Of a stretch of 64,000 bases of DNA, positions 1-12,224 are shown in pieces. A model generated the notes under the pieces. That model worked only from the letters and a program-made list of their open reading frames with translations. It made no database searches and was not told where the DNA came from. The position numbers and the translations under genes are program-made. Numbering within the stretch: position 1 is the stretch's first letter; every line of letters begins with the position of its first letter. Source of the stretch: Eledone cirrhosa. Its lineage: Eukaryota. The DNA lies in contig OZ024755.1 in NCBI GenBank assembly GCA_964016885.1, forward strand, positions 1,488,001-1,552,000, written 5' to 3'.

Positions 1-53
1 ATATATTCTTTTTATTGATAACGTATGTAAATGACTTTCATTTCTTTTTACAG

Positions 54-127
54 ATGTCCATCCAGCCTTCAAGTTCATATCGTCTGCTGTCTGCCGTAAC
101 AAGTGGGAATGGCGAAGTTTCTGTTAA
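54..127 (+). CDS. Putative terminal exon of a gene entering from the left (xVHPAFKFISSAVCRNKWEWRSFC*)
   Basis: Acceptor tttctttttacag ends at 53. Phase-1 frame is open to TAA at 125-127, overlapped by AATAAA at 126-131. Peptide not recognised. Confidence 0.3.
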
Positions 128-599
128 TAAAGAAAGCTTTCATTATATTTTGACAAAAATGAATAAAGTTTACATATTATATATATATATGAATTGTGTT
201 CATTTTATTTTAATAACAAGAAATCAAGAGTCTACAAGAAACTAAGACGTACTAAAAAGAACGTAAGTGTATATGAAGTTTCTAAATAAAGAAACTAAAA
301 GTGTAGTTAAAGTTTCTAAAAGAAACTAAGAATGTCTTTTCAAAATGTCGAAAAAAAAATCGATATGAAAGGGTCGCCATTTTTTTAATTTTTTTTATTT
401 CTCCACTTTAGAGACATCAGATACTCATGCATGGTTAAAGGCATGGATCGAGGAACTGATGTCGCTAAAGTGGAGAAATAAAAAAAAAAATTAACGGGGG
501 CCCCCCCCTCTGTGATTGAACTTAAGAAAAATACTGAATAGTTGCTTCCTTTACCTTTTACAAAGAGAAGTAATAAGAAGCCATTTATTAGGCTAATCT

Positions 600-921
600 T
601 TTTCATACACTTAGGTGTTTTTAGTACGTCTTACTCAGTTTCTTGTAAACTCTTGATGTCTCTATTCATTTTTGTCAAAATAAGCAGAACACAATTCGTA
701 AATAATACGTAAACTTTCTTTATTAACAGAAACTTCGCCATCAAAATAAACAGAACACAATTCGTAAATAATATGTAAACTGTCTTTATTAACAAAAACT
801 TCGCCATCAAAATAAACAGCACACAATTCGTATATAATATGTAAACTGTCTTTATTAACAAACTTCGCCATTCCCACTTGTTACGGCAAATTACTTTGAA
901 GGCTGGACATCTGTAAAAAGA
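600..921 (-). repeat. Diverged inverted copy of about 41-275, with an internal 66-bp unit x3
   Basis: Reverse complement reads tttttacagatgtccagccttcaa...tgccgtaacaagtgggaatggcgaagttt...caagagtttacaagaaact...agacgtactaaaaa, matching 44-260. Confidence 0.85.
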
Positions 922-1035
922 TCAATAAAAAGAATATTAAACTTTATAAAGTTTACCAATTTTGTCTTTTATTATATATACATTTAAATAGAGGAAACAT
1001 TTTCCTACATCAAAGGAGGTAACTAAAGAAACTAA

Positions 1036-1165
1036 ATAATTGTTTCTACTTTAGGCACAAGGCCAGCAATTACCCAGTGCATTACTGGTACTTTATTTTA
1101 TCGACCCCGTAAGGATGAAAGGCAAAGTCAACCTCGGCGGGATTTGAACTCAGATCGTAAAGGGA
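1036..1165 (-). mobile_element. tRNA-derived SINE, family A (octopus-type), partial
   Basis: Reverse complement contains ctgagttcaaatcccgccgaggttgactttgcctttcatccttacggggtcgataaaataaagtaccagt, a motif that recurs more than ten times in the window. Confidence 0.85.
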
Positions 1166-1206
1166 CTAAAGAAACTAATAATGTAGATGAGAATGTAAAT
1201 AACGAA

Positions 1207-1478
1207 AAAAGAAACAAAGAATGTAAACCAAGTTTCTAAGGAAAGAAACAAAGAATGTAAACCAAGTTTCTAAGGAAAGAAACAAAGAATGTAGACCAAG
1301 TTTCTAAGGAAAGAAACAAAGAATGTAAACCAAGTTTCTAAGGAAAGAAACAAAGAATGTAGACCAAGTTTCTAAGGAAAGAAACAAAGAATGTAAACCA
1401 AGTTTCTAAGGAAAGAAACAAAGAATGTAGACCAAGTTTCTAAGGAAAGAAACAAAGAATGTAGACCAAGTTTCTAAA
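1207..1478. repeat. 34-bp minisatellite, about 8 copies
   Basis: Unit gaaagaaacaaagaatgta(a/g)accaagtttctaag in tandem; degenerate units continue to about 1660. Confidence 0.95.
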
Positions 1479-2723
1479 GAAAGAATGTAAATGAAGAAAC
1501 TAAGAATGTATATGAAGTTTCTAAGGAAAGGAATAAATAATGTGAGTTTTTTTTTAAGAGAAATGTAAATGAAGAAAAAAGAAACTAGGAATGTAAACCA
1601 AGTTTCTAAAGAAAGAATCTAAGAATGTAGATGAAGTTTCCAACGAAAGAAACTAAAAATGTTAATAGACGAAAAGTAAACAATTTTTTTTTACAAGGAA
1701 ATTATTAGCACATTGGTGTATTGTGACGAGGAGGGATTCCATTTCTGAATTTCGTTCTTTCTTTAAATTATGAAATTATATTCCTTGAAACCAACGCACT
1801 AACAATTTTCTTATGAAAATCTGTATTCCGATCGAATTATCTCCATTCATTTCATTTATTTATTTTTATCAATGAAGAAAGACCTCCGTAGAGACGACAG
1901 TTCAGCTACATCAATGACTTGATTCTTTCTCTCACTAATGTTTAGTTGGTCACTTCTGCCATCGAAAATCCATCAGGGCCGGATATTTAATTATTTCACT
2001 GATGTCTGACATTTACAGGGATATTAACAAACATATTTAATATAGAAAATCCCATACAATGTCATGAAGATATTGACATTTTATGGACATTTATTGAGCA
2101 GTATCTAATAAAAACAAAACACTATTAAAGCAGCAAACGAAAGGGGGAGACGGACACTACACCCCAGTTTGAGCAGGCAAAACGGGAAAGGTGTTACCGT
2201 TATGTAAAAGAAACTTGAACCCAAGTCCTTCAGAAGGTTGTTACTTATCTCAACACTGAGGCTCTTCTAGACATGAAGAATAAAAATCAGTGGTGACAAC
2301 AGACATTCAGGGCGACACACGAGTAGTTGGCAGTACCAATGGCACATGTTGACAAAGAGAAAGTCCTCCAAAACGAATTTACAACAAAACACGGGGATAT
2401 CATGAAGGGAACTAGAAATATATTATTTACCAACTTAATAGAAAAATCTGCTAAATTCTATTTCATATGGAAGGTGTATTAGATGTATAACACACGTGGA
2501 AGTGTGGCACTAAACAAAACTATCGTTTAAATAATTATTGCTGACATTTATGGAAGGAAATAAACAGAGAATGTCTCAATAAAACTGTTCAACATAAAAT
2601 AAAACTACTTTACTTGCTTATAAATAGTAAAATCCAAGGTTTTTTAACGTTTTTTATTCAGTTTGGAAAACATGAAGTTGTCCCAGTGGCCATATTATTT
2701 TTTGTAAACAGAATTACTCCAAT

Positions 2724-2763
2724 TACGCATGCGCAAAAAAGTAGACGTCAATGCGCATGCGCA
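2724..2763. promoter_or_regulatory. Promoter-like cluster: two NRF1-type sites flanking a CRE-like site
   Basis: acgcatgcgca and tgcgcatgcgca (NRF1 consensus YGCGCAYGCGCR) with gacgtca between them, in CpG-poor DNA. Confidence 0.55.
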
Positions 2764-3282
2764 AAGTATTTATGTGAAGTCGTAATGGCTTTACAGTCGT
2801 GAGTTCGATTCTCAGAGGGGGCTTGGTTGGTTTAATAACCGGTTGTCTATTTTTAAAGTTCTTTCGTCACACATTCTGTGTCTCTCTTCACATCTAAAAT
2901 TGTGTGTTATGTCACCAAACGTATGCCCATGGCCTCTTATGTGGCATTGAAATGAAAAGACAGCGCGATAACATGCCTCAAAATATATTCCGTGTGTTAC
3001 CATACTCTCCTTCCGTTTCTATTTTTCAATAAATAATCACCTCCGTAGAGTGAACGAAGCAGCAATGTCCAATGTGATCTTCCTTCTTTAAAAAATAGTA
3101 GGCTATGATATAGGCAGTATTTGGCTGTTAATACTAGCAAACCAGGTGACCACATAGAAGCTAGTTCCCTCCCTATTGTTACACATCAGCACTACTACCT
3201 TACGGGTGGACTGTGTGTATTTGTTGTGACACCAGCACTACCACTTTACAGGGTAGACTGGATGCTTTTTGTCATCATTGCT

Positions 3283-3460
3283 GAATTGGCAGTATCGGTA
3301 GAGGGTCGGACACCATACTTTGATGCACAGTTACGGCCCTTCTGAGTTCAAATCCCGCTGAGGTTAACTTTGCCTTTCATCCTTACGGGGTCGATAAAAT
3401 AAAGTACCAGTAATGTACTGGGTAATTGCTGGCCTTGTGCCAATAGTAGAAACAATTATC
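3283..3460 (+). mobile_element. SINE family A copy
   Basis: A-box-like ttggcagtatcggtagag, B-box gagttcaaatcc, family body and tail ggccttgtgccaatagtagaaacaattat. Confidence 0.85.
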
Positions 3461-3576
3461 ATTTGCATTTTGTTTTCAGTTGGAATGTACACTTTTCACA
3501 TCTTTTATATTAACTCAGTACTTTGTAAAAGTTCGAGAGCTCAGCTAAGTATACATGATGCTTATATATATTGTGT

Positions 3577-3781
3577 AAGTGAACGACACAAAATATAACT
3601 ACTTCATTACCAAAGGTTTCTGGATCCCAGATAATAATATATACGTCTGGATCGGTTGTCAGACAGAGATGTTAACTGCATAACATCTCTCTCTGACGAA
3701 CGATCCAGATGTATATATTAATATTGTCTGGGATCCAGAAACCTTTGGTAATGAAGTAGTTATATTTTGTGTTTTTCACTT
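3577..3781. repeat. About 205-bp near-perfect palindrome, Penelope-like terminal relic with hammerhead-like core
   Basis: Arms of about 100 bp around loop actgca. CTGACGA at 3693-3699, GAAA at 3738-3741, GTA at 3748-3750. Confidence 0.8.
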
Positions 3782-4743
3782 TCTAATTAAATAGCTTTGT
3801 TCTATACATAGAGCACTCTTTTTTCCTTCGGAATTACCTAACATATATGTGTATATAAAAACATACAGACATCTAGTTTTTCTTTTCTTCTATTTCAAAT
3901 CTGAGAGACTAGATAAAAGACTATCCACTTTATACTATGCTACAAATTGAGATTAAATTAAGAGAGATAATATATGTGTGGCTAATAAGTAAATAAGTGG
4001 AGATACTTCATAACAGGATGTTAGCAACAAATGAAAACTGACGGGGGGGGGGGGGGTAAAAATGGTGGGTTTTGGACTCAAAGTTTTTATATATTCAGAG
4101 GAATAAAGGAGAGAAAAAAAAAGGAAGATTTTCTAACAGCTGTCGTATGTTATTAACATTAAAAAATACCCCACACCACCTCTTTGGTAATTATCGCTGT
4201 GAGAGAGTGACCTTATCTCATTCTTTGACAGCATTAATAACCATGGCAACATTTCAGCATTGTTGAAAGTAATGTAATTAGATTTACTGTTGAAGCTGGT
4301 ACCAGTCAGAGAGGAGAGAGATTAGCTGGAGATTAACTAATCTCTATTTCAACAGGGGGAGGAAGGTTATATGAAATAACTGAAAGAGGAGTGGGTGATG
4401 TTGTTTTAATGTCAGCTTTCCCTGCTAGCATGGGTTGGACAATGGCTGTGTTGTTAAGGTAGTTAATTCCACTGCTGCTTCACAACGACATCACATGGTC
4501 AGCAGCAGCATTGGGTAATATTGGTCATGCGACTTCTACGAGCATCTCAAACTAACCTAGGGTTTATTACTGAAGTTTCTAGCTGGAAATTGTAAAGAAG
4601 CCTATCATGTGTGTACACGTACACACATTTGTTAGTTGGAAACTAAAGAAGCCTGCCATGTGTGTGCGTGTGTGTACACATACACGCGTGCGACAAGGTC
4701 CAATAATATAAAATCTACTTATCTTGATATCTTTTATCTAGAC

Positions 4744-5145
4744 CAGAGGTCCCCAAACTTTTGAGCCCCCCCCCCCCCCCACGGCCAGGTAATACCCTCA
4801 GCAACCCCCACCCTCAGTCTGTGATGACACATCTAAACCTTACTAGCAGAGAAAGTGGACATTAAACAATGATGGTGATGATGTTAGTTTATCATTAGTA
4901 ACAAAGATGTAAAAAGAATGTGATTTTGCCAATAAGAATAAAGACATCTATGAGATTGTGTAGAATTTACACAATCTCATAGATGTCTTTATAAATGCTT
5001 AATATTTGTAAAAAAAAGAAAAAAACAAGTTATTTATTGTTTAGAATTTAAACAATAAATAGCTTGTTTTCTTCTTTTTTTTAATACTACACTGTCGCCC
5101 CCCAACCACCCCCCGATATCAAAGCACCCACTTTGGGAAACAATG
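4744..5145. mobile_element. hAT-type non-autonomous element with nested inserts
   Basis: Termini cagaggtccccaaac / ctttgggaaacaatg. Flanking 8-mers atctagac / ttctagac match 7 of 8 (TSD-like). Confidence 0.55.
4938..5083. repeat. Two adjacent palindromes sharing the central motif TAGAATTTA
   Basis: 4938-4992 has 25-bp perfect arms; 5009-5083 has near-perfect arms of about 35 bp. Confidence 0.9.
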
Positions 5146-5715
5146 TTCTAGACTAAAGATCCTGAAACTTTTTGGACTATGGACACTTTCTGGAAATTCT
5201 TGACCTCAGACAAAAATAATCAGTAAACAAAATACAAAATAAAATAAACAATACTAATTATATAAAATAATTAAACACTAAACACTAATTATATATAGAC
5301 ACCTACTAATTATATATAAATTAGATACTAATCACTAAATATATATAATAGACACTAAACACTAATTATATATTAATCAGAAACCTGTCTAAACATTTTA
5401 TTTTGTTATTCTAATTATTTTCATCTCTTATAAAAATGTCAGGCTTTGGTCCCAGAAGTTATAGTTATTCTTTTTGTGACACTAAACTCTGTCAGTTGTC
5501 AACTGCACATCAGTATGAGATATTCTTCTCCACAAAGTTTGATCACCAACAGCAGAGTTTAAATGTTTAAACCGGCCAAAATTCTCTACCTCTTTCTGTT
5601 GAAACTGGCCACTCATACTGATGTTAAGGTATTGTTCTCAAAATTATGTGAGATAAAGCCTTTACCATGAAAATATAATAGTATATATAGAGTAATGTGA
5701 ATGCTAAAGGGTTAA

Positions 5716-6175
5716 AGAGCAAAGATCAAGTCCAGTCCATAAGTTGACATTGTCAAGCCATCGTTTTGGCTGCTGGCCTCTGCTTCTCTCACCAGCCAAC
5801 CTTCCTTCCAGGCATAACCTACTCACACTACGAGTTGATCTTTTTATATGACCATATAGTTTGAGTACTCTTGACTTGACAATTGATGTAACTGGTCTAA
5901 ATTTGGTAATGTTAAGCAGCTCACTGATACAGATATGGTCGCTGAGCCACTTGCCAGTCATAAATCTCATGATGTGGTTCTGGAATGTAGAGAGCTTCTG
6001 AAGTGACCTTGTCGTCCAATTAACAGTGAAGACCATATAACACAACTGGTAGGATAGTATCGAAGATCTTAGCCTTCAAGTGATAGGAAACTCGTTTTGA
6101 TGTTAGTACTTCCTTGTTCTTGTTGAAAGTTGCCCAACCTAGAGCGATTCGATATTGCGCAGCAACCATTCCATT
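5716..6175 (-). mobile_element. RTE-clade LINE relic (ORF C-terminal region, frameshifted)
   Basis: RIALGWATFNKNKEVLTSKRVSYHLKAKIF and KSRVLKLYGHIKRS...LEGRLAGERSRGQQPKRWLDNV are typical RTE C-terminal motifs. Confidence 0.8.
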
Positions 6176-6345
6176 GTTTGATGATAATAATAATAATAAT
6201 AATGAAATATTGTGTACAGTGCTCAGGTGCACTACAACTCATCAAGAAGTGTATGTATAGTACATAGGGTAATGTACAAACGTCAGGAAAATGAACAGTG
6301 CATGTGTCATGATATACATGTGTGCATGTGTATGGAAGGGGTACA

Positions 6346-9048
6346 TCAGATGTAGTTTTGGCGTATTTCGGGAAGCATGAGTGTTTTAAAGGGTGCAGTG
6401 TCTCGGCAGCTAACAACTGACGCAGGCAGTTTGTTCCATGCTTCAGCAACTCTAAGCGTGAAAAAATGTTTACGAAAGTCATGGGAGCTGTGGTGTTTTC
6501 TGATCTTGTAGACATGTCCACGTGTGTTAGACACATGGAGATCAAAAAGGTGCTCAGGGTTGTTGTTGGCGAGATGGTTAATAACTTTGTGGGTATTTAC
6601 CAAGTCCATTGCCAGACGTCGGAGCTTCAATGAATTCATTCCCAGGGAAGCAAGGCATTCAGAGTATGGTAGGTGTCTGATGGAGGGTATGCGCTTGGTT
6701 GTACGTCTCTGAACAGTTTCCAGGAGGTCAATGTTCTGAGCAAGATAGGAGTTCTAGACTGATGATGCGAATTCCAAGTGTGGTCGTACCATAGCTGTAT
6801 ACAGCTTTAAATAGATGGCTGGAGAGCGGCTAACAAAGGTCCTGCTGAGTGATGCCGAGACACCCTCGGCCTTCTTGACAATCTTAGAGACGTGCTTTGT
6901 GTTGTGGAGGGAGTATGTGGACGCTGGATTTTTCCTCCAAAAATGCATGGTGGTACACTTGTCCACAGCCAGCTTCAGTTGCCAGTCTGTGATCCATTGC
7001 TGCATTGTGTCCAGGTCTGATTGTAGGAAAAAGTTGTAGATTTCAGTATCAGTCCTTTTGATTTCAAGGTACAGCTTGATGTCCTCTGCATATTTCAGTA
7101 CTGTGGCATTCTGTAACTTGGCATCTATGTCATTAATATATGCCACAGACAAAAGGGGACCAAGAACAGATCCCTGTGGTACACCAGATGACATCTCATA
7201 TGGTGAAGAATGCTGTCCTAGAACCGTGACTACCGTTTTTCGGCTGAGAATGAAGGATTTCAACCAGTTAAAAAGATCATCCCTCACACCCATTGCAGAG
7301 AGTTTTGCCATAAGTCTTTTGTGTGGCACAGAATTAAAAGCCTTAGCAAAGTCAAGGTAAACAACATCCACCCATGAGCCGCTGTCAGTGATCCGGGTGA
7401 TGTCCTCAAGGAACTCGATAAGCTGATCACAGCAGCTGGAGTTAGGGATAAATCCAAATTGTGAGGGCCGGATGAGGCTGTGAGAGCTCCAGAAGTTCCA
7501 AAGTGTTTCTCTGACACAGGATTCCATCAGTTTGGCCATACAGCTAGTAAGACTGACTGGACGATAGTTGACAGGTGACATGCGGTTGCCCTTTTTGAAC
7601 AGGGGAATGACACTGGCAGTTTTCCACTGCTCCGGAGTAGCACCATTGTTGAGACAGTATTGAAAGAAGAAAGAAAGCTGGCGCAAAAGGAAATACCCAC
7701 CACGTTTGAGAAGCAGGTATGTCACACCATCAAGACCAGGGGAGGCATAGTTGCGCTTATTCTTAAGGTGACGTCGCAACATTGCAGGTGTAAATTCCAT
7801 AGTTGTTATGGAATTTGATGTTAGAGATGGTGGAGATGGTACATTCTGGTTTTCAACAGTAAAAATACTTGGATAGCACTCAGCAATGAGTTCTGCGCAT
7901 TCCTTGGGATCGTCAGTGATCTGGCTTGTGTGGGGATTGCGAAGAGGACCAACTGGAGAGTGAGGTCTCTGCTTTGAATGAACATATTTCCAGAACACCT
8001 TACTGTCAGGATTGGTTGTTATGCACTGTTCAAATTCAAGCACTGCCTTCTTTGTCACTTGCTTGAGATGGTTAGAAGATTTATTCCACTTTTTTCTGTT
8101 GGCATCTGATTTATGCAGTTTATATTCCCGTTCAGCGTTCCAACATTCTTTCCTGGCAAGTTGGACCGCTGAAGTTTCCCAAATTGCACTTTTGGGGTGG
8201 TTTTTTCTCTGCTTACGTAGCACTGATGCTGCACACGCTATCCATATTGAGTCCAGGATGCTCTGGAGTATAGTGTTCACATCTCCAGAGTTATACATCT
8301 CATGCCAGTTTGGATGCTGTAGCTCAGTGCAGTACAAGTTCCAATCTGCCCTCTTCCAATCAAAGCAAGCAGATTGGAGATGGCTCTGGTTTTTGTTGCT
8401 GCCCGCAAGTGCCAGATTGGCAATGATCATAGCATGATCAGAGTCGCCTAGAGGTTCCTCAGTAGTACAACTGATAACCACTTCAGGAGTAGTGGTGAAG
8501 ATCAGGTCCAAAGTGTTGTCACCTCTTGTTGGAGAGGTGACTACTTGTGACCAGTTTGAGTCCAGCACTAGCTCAAGGAAATCGTTTGCACTTTGTGGCC
8601 AACGAAAGGTTTCCCAATCGATCTCAGGATGATTGAAGTCACCTGCAATAAACACATAAGTGGCTGTTTTCCTGGCAGCAACTCTGAGGATATCGCAAAG
8701 CTGTGTGTCCTGATGGTAGTTTGGGGGGCGATAAACAACACCAAGCAGAAGTGTTGACATGGTCATACGTATGTCACAAAAAAAAAAAAATTCTTGTGAT
8801 TCGTTCAAATCAACGCAAAGAATTATGGAAAAGTTTGAACGAACGTAGACCATCACACCACCACCACCACAGCGATTAATGCGGTCCTTGCGAAAAAGGT
8901 TGTACCCAATAATGCTGAAAACCCCATCACAGAGTAAGGAATGTGCCCATGTTTCCATGACTGTGATGAAGTCAGGGTCGATGCTTCTGACGTAGGAGTT
9001 AAACAGATGTATCTTGTTGCATAAACTGCGAGCATTTAAGGACAACAA
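6346..9048 (-). pseudogene. LINE ORF2 (APE endonuclease + reverse transcriptase), disrupted
   Basis: Motifs LNARSL, GVVYRPP, GDFNHP, LDLIF, SDH, NYRPVSLTS, YLDFAKAF, SGVPQGSVLGP. YADD is mutated to YAED, there is an in-frame TAG at 6754-6756, and an apparent deletion before HVSKIVKKA. Confidence 0.92.
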
Positions 9049-9326
9049 TTTGTACCCTGCTTGCAGTTTATGATGGTGTGTAGATGGTGGCAGGTTGTTC
9101 TGGTTTAGTTTCCCAAAGTTGTTGCAGTTTATTCATTGCCAGTTATTGTGGGTAGATCACACTCAGACCAGCTGGTATCTCTCTTCCACGTTTCACCAGC
9201 CTTAACAACCCTCCAGATCTGCCCATCATCACGCAGACTAAAACTTTCATGTTGTGCTGAGTTCCGATTCAAGGAAGCTGCAGCACGTAGCTTTGGGCGT
9301 ACATGGGGTGGTAGGCCTGGGCGTGT

Positions 9327-10205
9327 TCAGAAGGTAATCCGATTTTCACGCCCAGCTTTAACAGAGGCCAGATGATATGAGGTTGCCTCTGCGGCGTCTG
9401 AAAAAGACAGCCTGATGTGTCTGGGTTTTGGACCAGGTCGACCAAGGCGGAGAGCACCTTTTGGGGGAACACAGTCTAGGTCTCTGGCTGAGCTGACAGC
9501 AAATGCCTGAAGATCAGCCTTGTCCTCTGGTACCCCAATGGCAATTACTTCATGGGTAGCAGATTCCGCAGTCTTCTCAGTGTGCCCAGATACGGCAAGA
9601 GGTACAGGGAGATTCTTTAGCAATGCATTCCGATAAGACTCCTCATTGTGGGGTCCTACCCGAATGCTTGCCTTTATTCCTGTTACTTCCCTTCTTAAAG
9701 CAGAAATCATTAGTTGCAATTCCGCAAAATCTGTACTGGTCGGTTGTTGTTGTTGTTGATGATGTTCCTCCACGGGAATGTCAGGGGAAGACACAGTCAC
9801 CAGTTGTTGGTGTCGAGATGTACTGGGAGCAGAAGACATGGGTTGTTGTTGTTTCTGATGTTCTCCCACAGGAACAGCAGTAGAAGCCAGTGTCATAGGT
9901 TTTTGCCGTTGTTCAGTAACAATGGTAGAGGAAGACACAGTCATTGGTTTTTGTTGTTGTTTTTCAATAACAGTGGAGGCAGGCACACAGTCCAGACACT
10001 GAAAGGACCAGGATTTTAGCTGGACCATCTCCCATATTCCATCCATCATAGCATTATGATGTCTCTTTTTTTGGCCTGGGATCCTCCGGAAGCCTGTGGC
10101 GCATTGAAGGCAGACAGAGATGTGACAGGTTCCACATTTGACCCAGCGATTACGGAACGAGTTTTCGGGTCCCGTACAGATAATAGATGTGGTTTTCTGG
10201 GCAAT
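9327..10205 (-). pseudogene. LINE ORF1 with N-terminal PHD-like finger and Gln-rich repeats
   Basis: Frame upstream of the listed ORF reads SIICTGPENSFRNRWVKCGTCHISVCLQC...SWSFQCLDC, then IAIGVPE and RLGRPGPKPRHIRLSF (L1-like RRM motifs). Confidence 0.75.
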
Positions 10206-10405
10206 GTTCTATTTTGAAACATCGACAAGTTTTGTCGCCTACTTCATCGATGGATATCACCATGGCAATTTTGTTATTTCTACCCATCCATAGAAAAAAC
10301 ACAGAATGTAAACAATATAGGTTTAGCGCACTTGATTACGATAGAAATAAAATGTCTGTTTTTGTTGTTTTGTTTTTGTGTATTTTGTTTCCGTTTTCCT
10401 AAATA

Positions 10406-10436
<31 letters not shown>

Positions 10437-10984
10437 TGTAAACAAATAAATATGCTGCGTAAGTTAACGAGATAAATGTTTGTTTCTGTTTTCCTGTGTA
10501 TTATGTGTGTGTGTGTATGCAACAAGATCTGCACACGAATATATAATTATATATATATAATTAAAAGGTGTATGTGGGTTAGAAGCCAAGTCAATGTTCA
10601 GAAATATTTTACCGATGTACGTAAGATTGGCCGGTAGAGTGTCTCACACGAAACAGTGTGGTTTCTTTTCACTTGTGTGTATATATACATGTGGTATGTA
10701 TCTGTATATAGATGTGTGTATATTGTTGTTTATAGATTTTGGGAAGTACTTACTGCGATGCCTAAGGGATGTAGTGATTTGTTGTTGTTTTTTTCCTCGT
10801 CCATGTCCACACGTGGTTTGTTGGCGAAAATCAAATCAAATGTACTTTGTTAACATAATTCTATGTTGAAACTGGTACTAGTCAGGGAACAGTCAAAGTA
10901 TTTGTAATAATGAATATTGTAACCCATCTGACATGTGTTTAAGGGCAGTTTTAGGTGAAAATATTATATTTTGTTTGGTCAAAA

Positions 10985-11060
10985 CGTGGTCTAACGTCCT
11001 TCCTTGTCGCCATTTTTTTCAATAGATAGTTTGAGACAAGATATACAAACTCCGTACCTT
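10985..11060. promoter_or_regulatory. Possible promoter or first-exon region with YY1-type motif
   Basis: gtcgccatttt (YY1 AANATGGCG on -), local CpGs, and minus-strand donor-like aag|gtacgg at 11057. No gene assigned. Confidence 0.25.
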
Positions 11061-12105
11061 GAGCAATTTGCTGGTTGTAGATTGTGATATAGTTATCCAT
11101 GTATATCTAAATAGACATGGATACTTTAGTTTATTTTAATCATTAATACTATTATATTTATTCTGAAAAACATTTACATTATTCTCTAATTTCTAGTCCA
11201 AAAGTAAAAACAACAAAGATTTTATAGGTTTTAACAACTAAATAAACCCTTTGGTGGGTGAAGAGTTTATTTTACCTGCTTTGGAGCTCTTTTGTGTCTG
11301 GGAAAATATTTTTTTTAATATCAGATTTAATATTTTTTATTCAATAAACATTCTAATTATCCCAGCAAAAATATTTCAACATAAAATTCAAAATTAAATA
11401 TCAAATTGGTAATTCAAGTTAATAGGAGTATTTTGCAACATTTTAAAATGATTTTTATAAAAAGAAATAAATTTTAAAAAGTAGATTGACACAAACAAGT
11501 TTCATGTTGATAAACCTTTAATAAAATAAACAATGTTTAGATTAAAACTGACAAAATATTGTTTATCAAGCAAATCATTTCTACATCTATCAAATATCTT
11601 TTTATATATTCACACAAATTTTTCTGTGTATGAAATTTATTTCTATATATGTATCTATGTATGTGTGTATGTATATATGTATGTATAAATATGTACATAG
11701 TTTTGTATATGAATTCAAAATTATCTCTGAGATATTTTTGAATTCAGATATTTTCTTTTTCTTCCATAGTTTCATGAACCATAACTTTATATTCTTATCA
11801 CAATGCTCTTCCTTGTCTTCTTGACTGAAGAGTTCCAATGAAATATCTTTGCTAAATCTTCATATCACAAATATAACAAAGGAATGTTTCATTGCAACAC
11901 TATCACAGACAACTGCTATATTTATAGCAAACACAACAAAAATACATTTAACTGAGACTGGTGAGAGAAGAAGTGGCTTTCTTTTCAGTTCTTGTTTTTT
12001 GTTTTTTAAAACAATCTGTTTTAATTTCTTGATTGACAAATCTAAAACTATCTTCACAATCCAAGTTCTTTCATCATTAAATTAACTATATATATATATA
12101 TATCT

Positions 12106-12190
<85 letters not shown>

Positions 12191-12224
12191 TGTCTGATTC
12201 TCCATCACAAATTTCTGTTTTTAT

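Larger units (their letters stand above)
6184..10300 (-). mobile_element. Near full-length CR1/L2-group LINE, inactivated; 5' boundary approximate
   Basis: PHD-type ORF1, APE+RT ORF2, and a 3' UTR ending in an (ATT)n tail. The same tail recurs at 15581, 27318 and 63875. Confidence 0.93.

Noticed and set aside
2775-2822. tRNA gene suggested by B-box gagttcgattc
   Set aside because: No complete cloverleaf; resembles the tRNA-derived SINE heads found throughout the window.
6815-10019. Plus-strand ORFs overlapping the LINE
   Set aside because: Antisense shadows of LINE ORF1/ORF2.
11602-12085. ORFs as extra coding exons of the Bfr1-like gene
   Set aside because: The CDS already stops at 16964; at most this is 3' UTR or an unproven alternative last exon (NLMMKELGL*).
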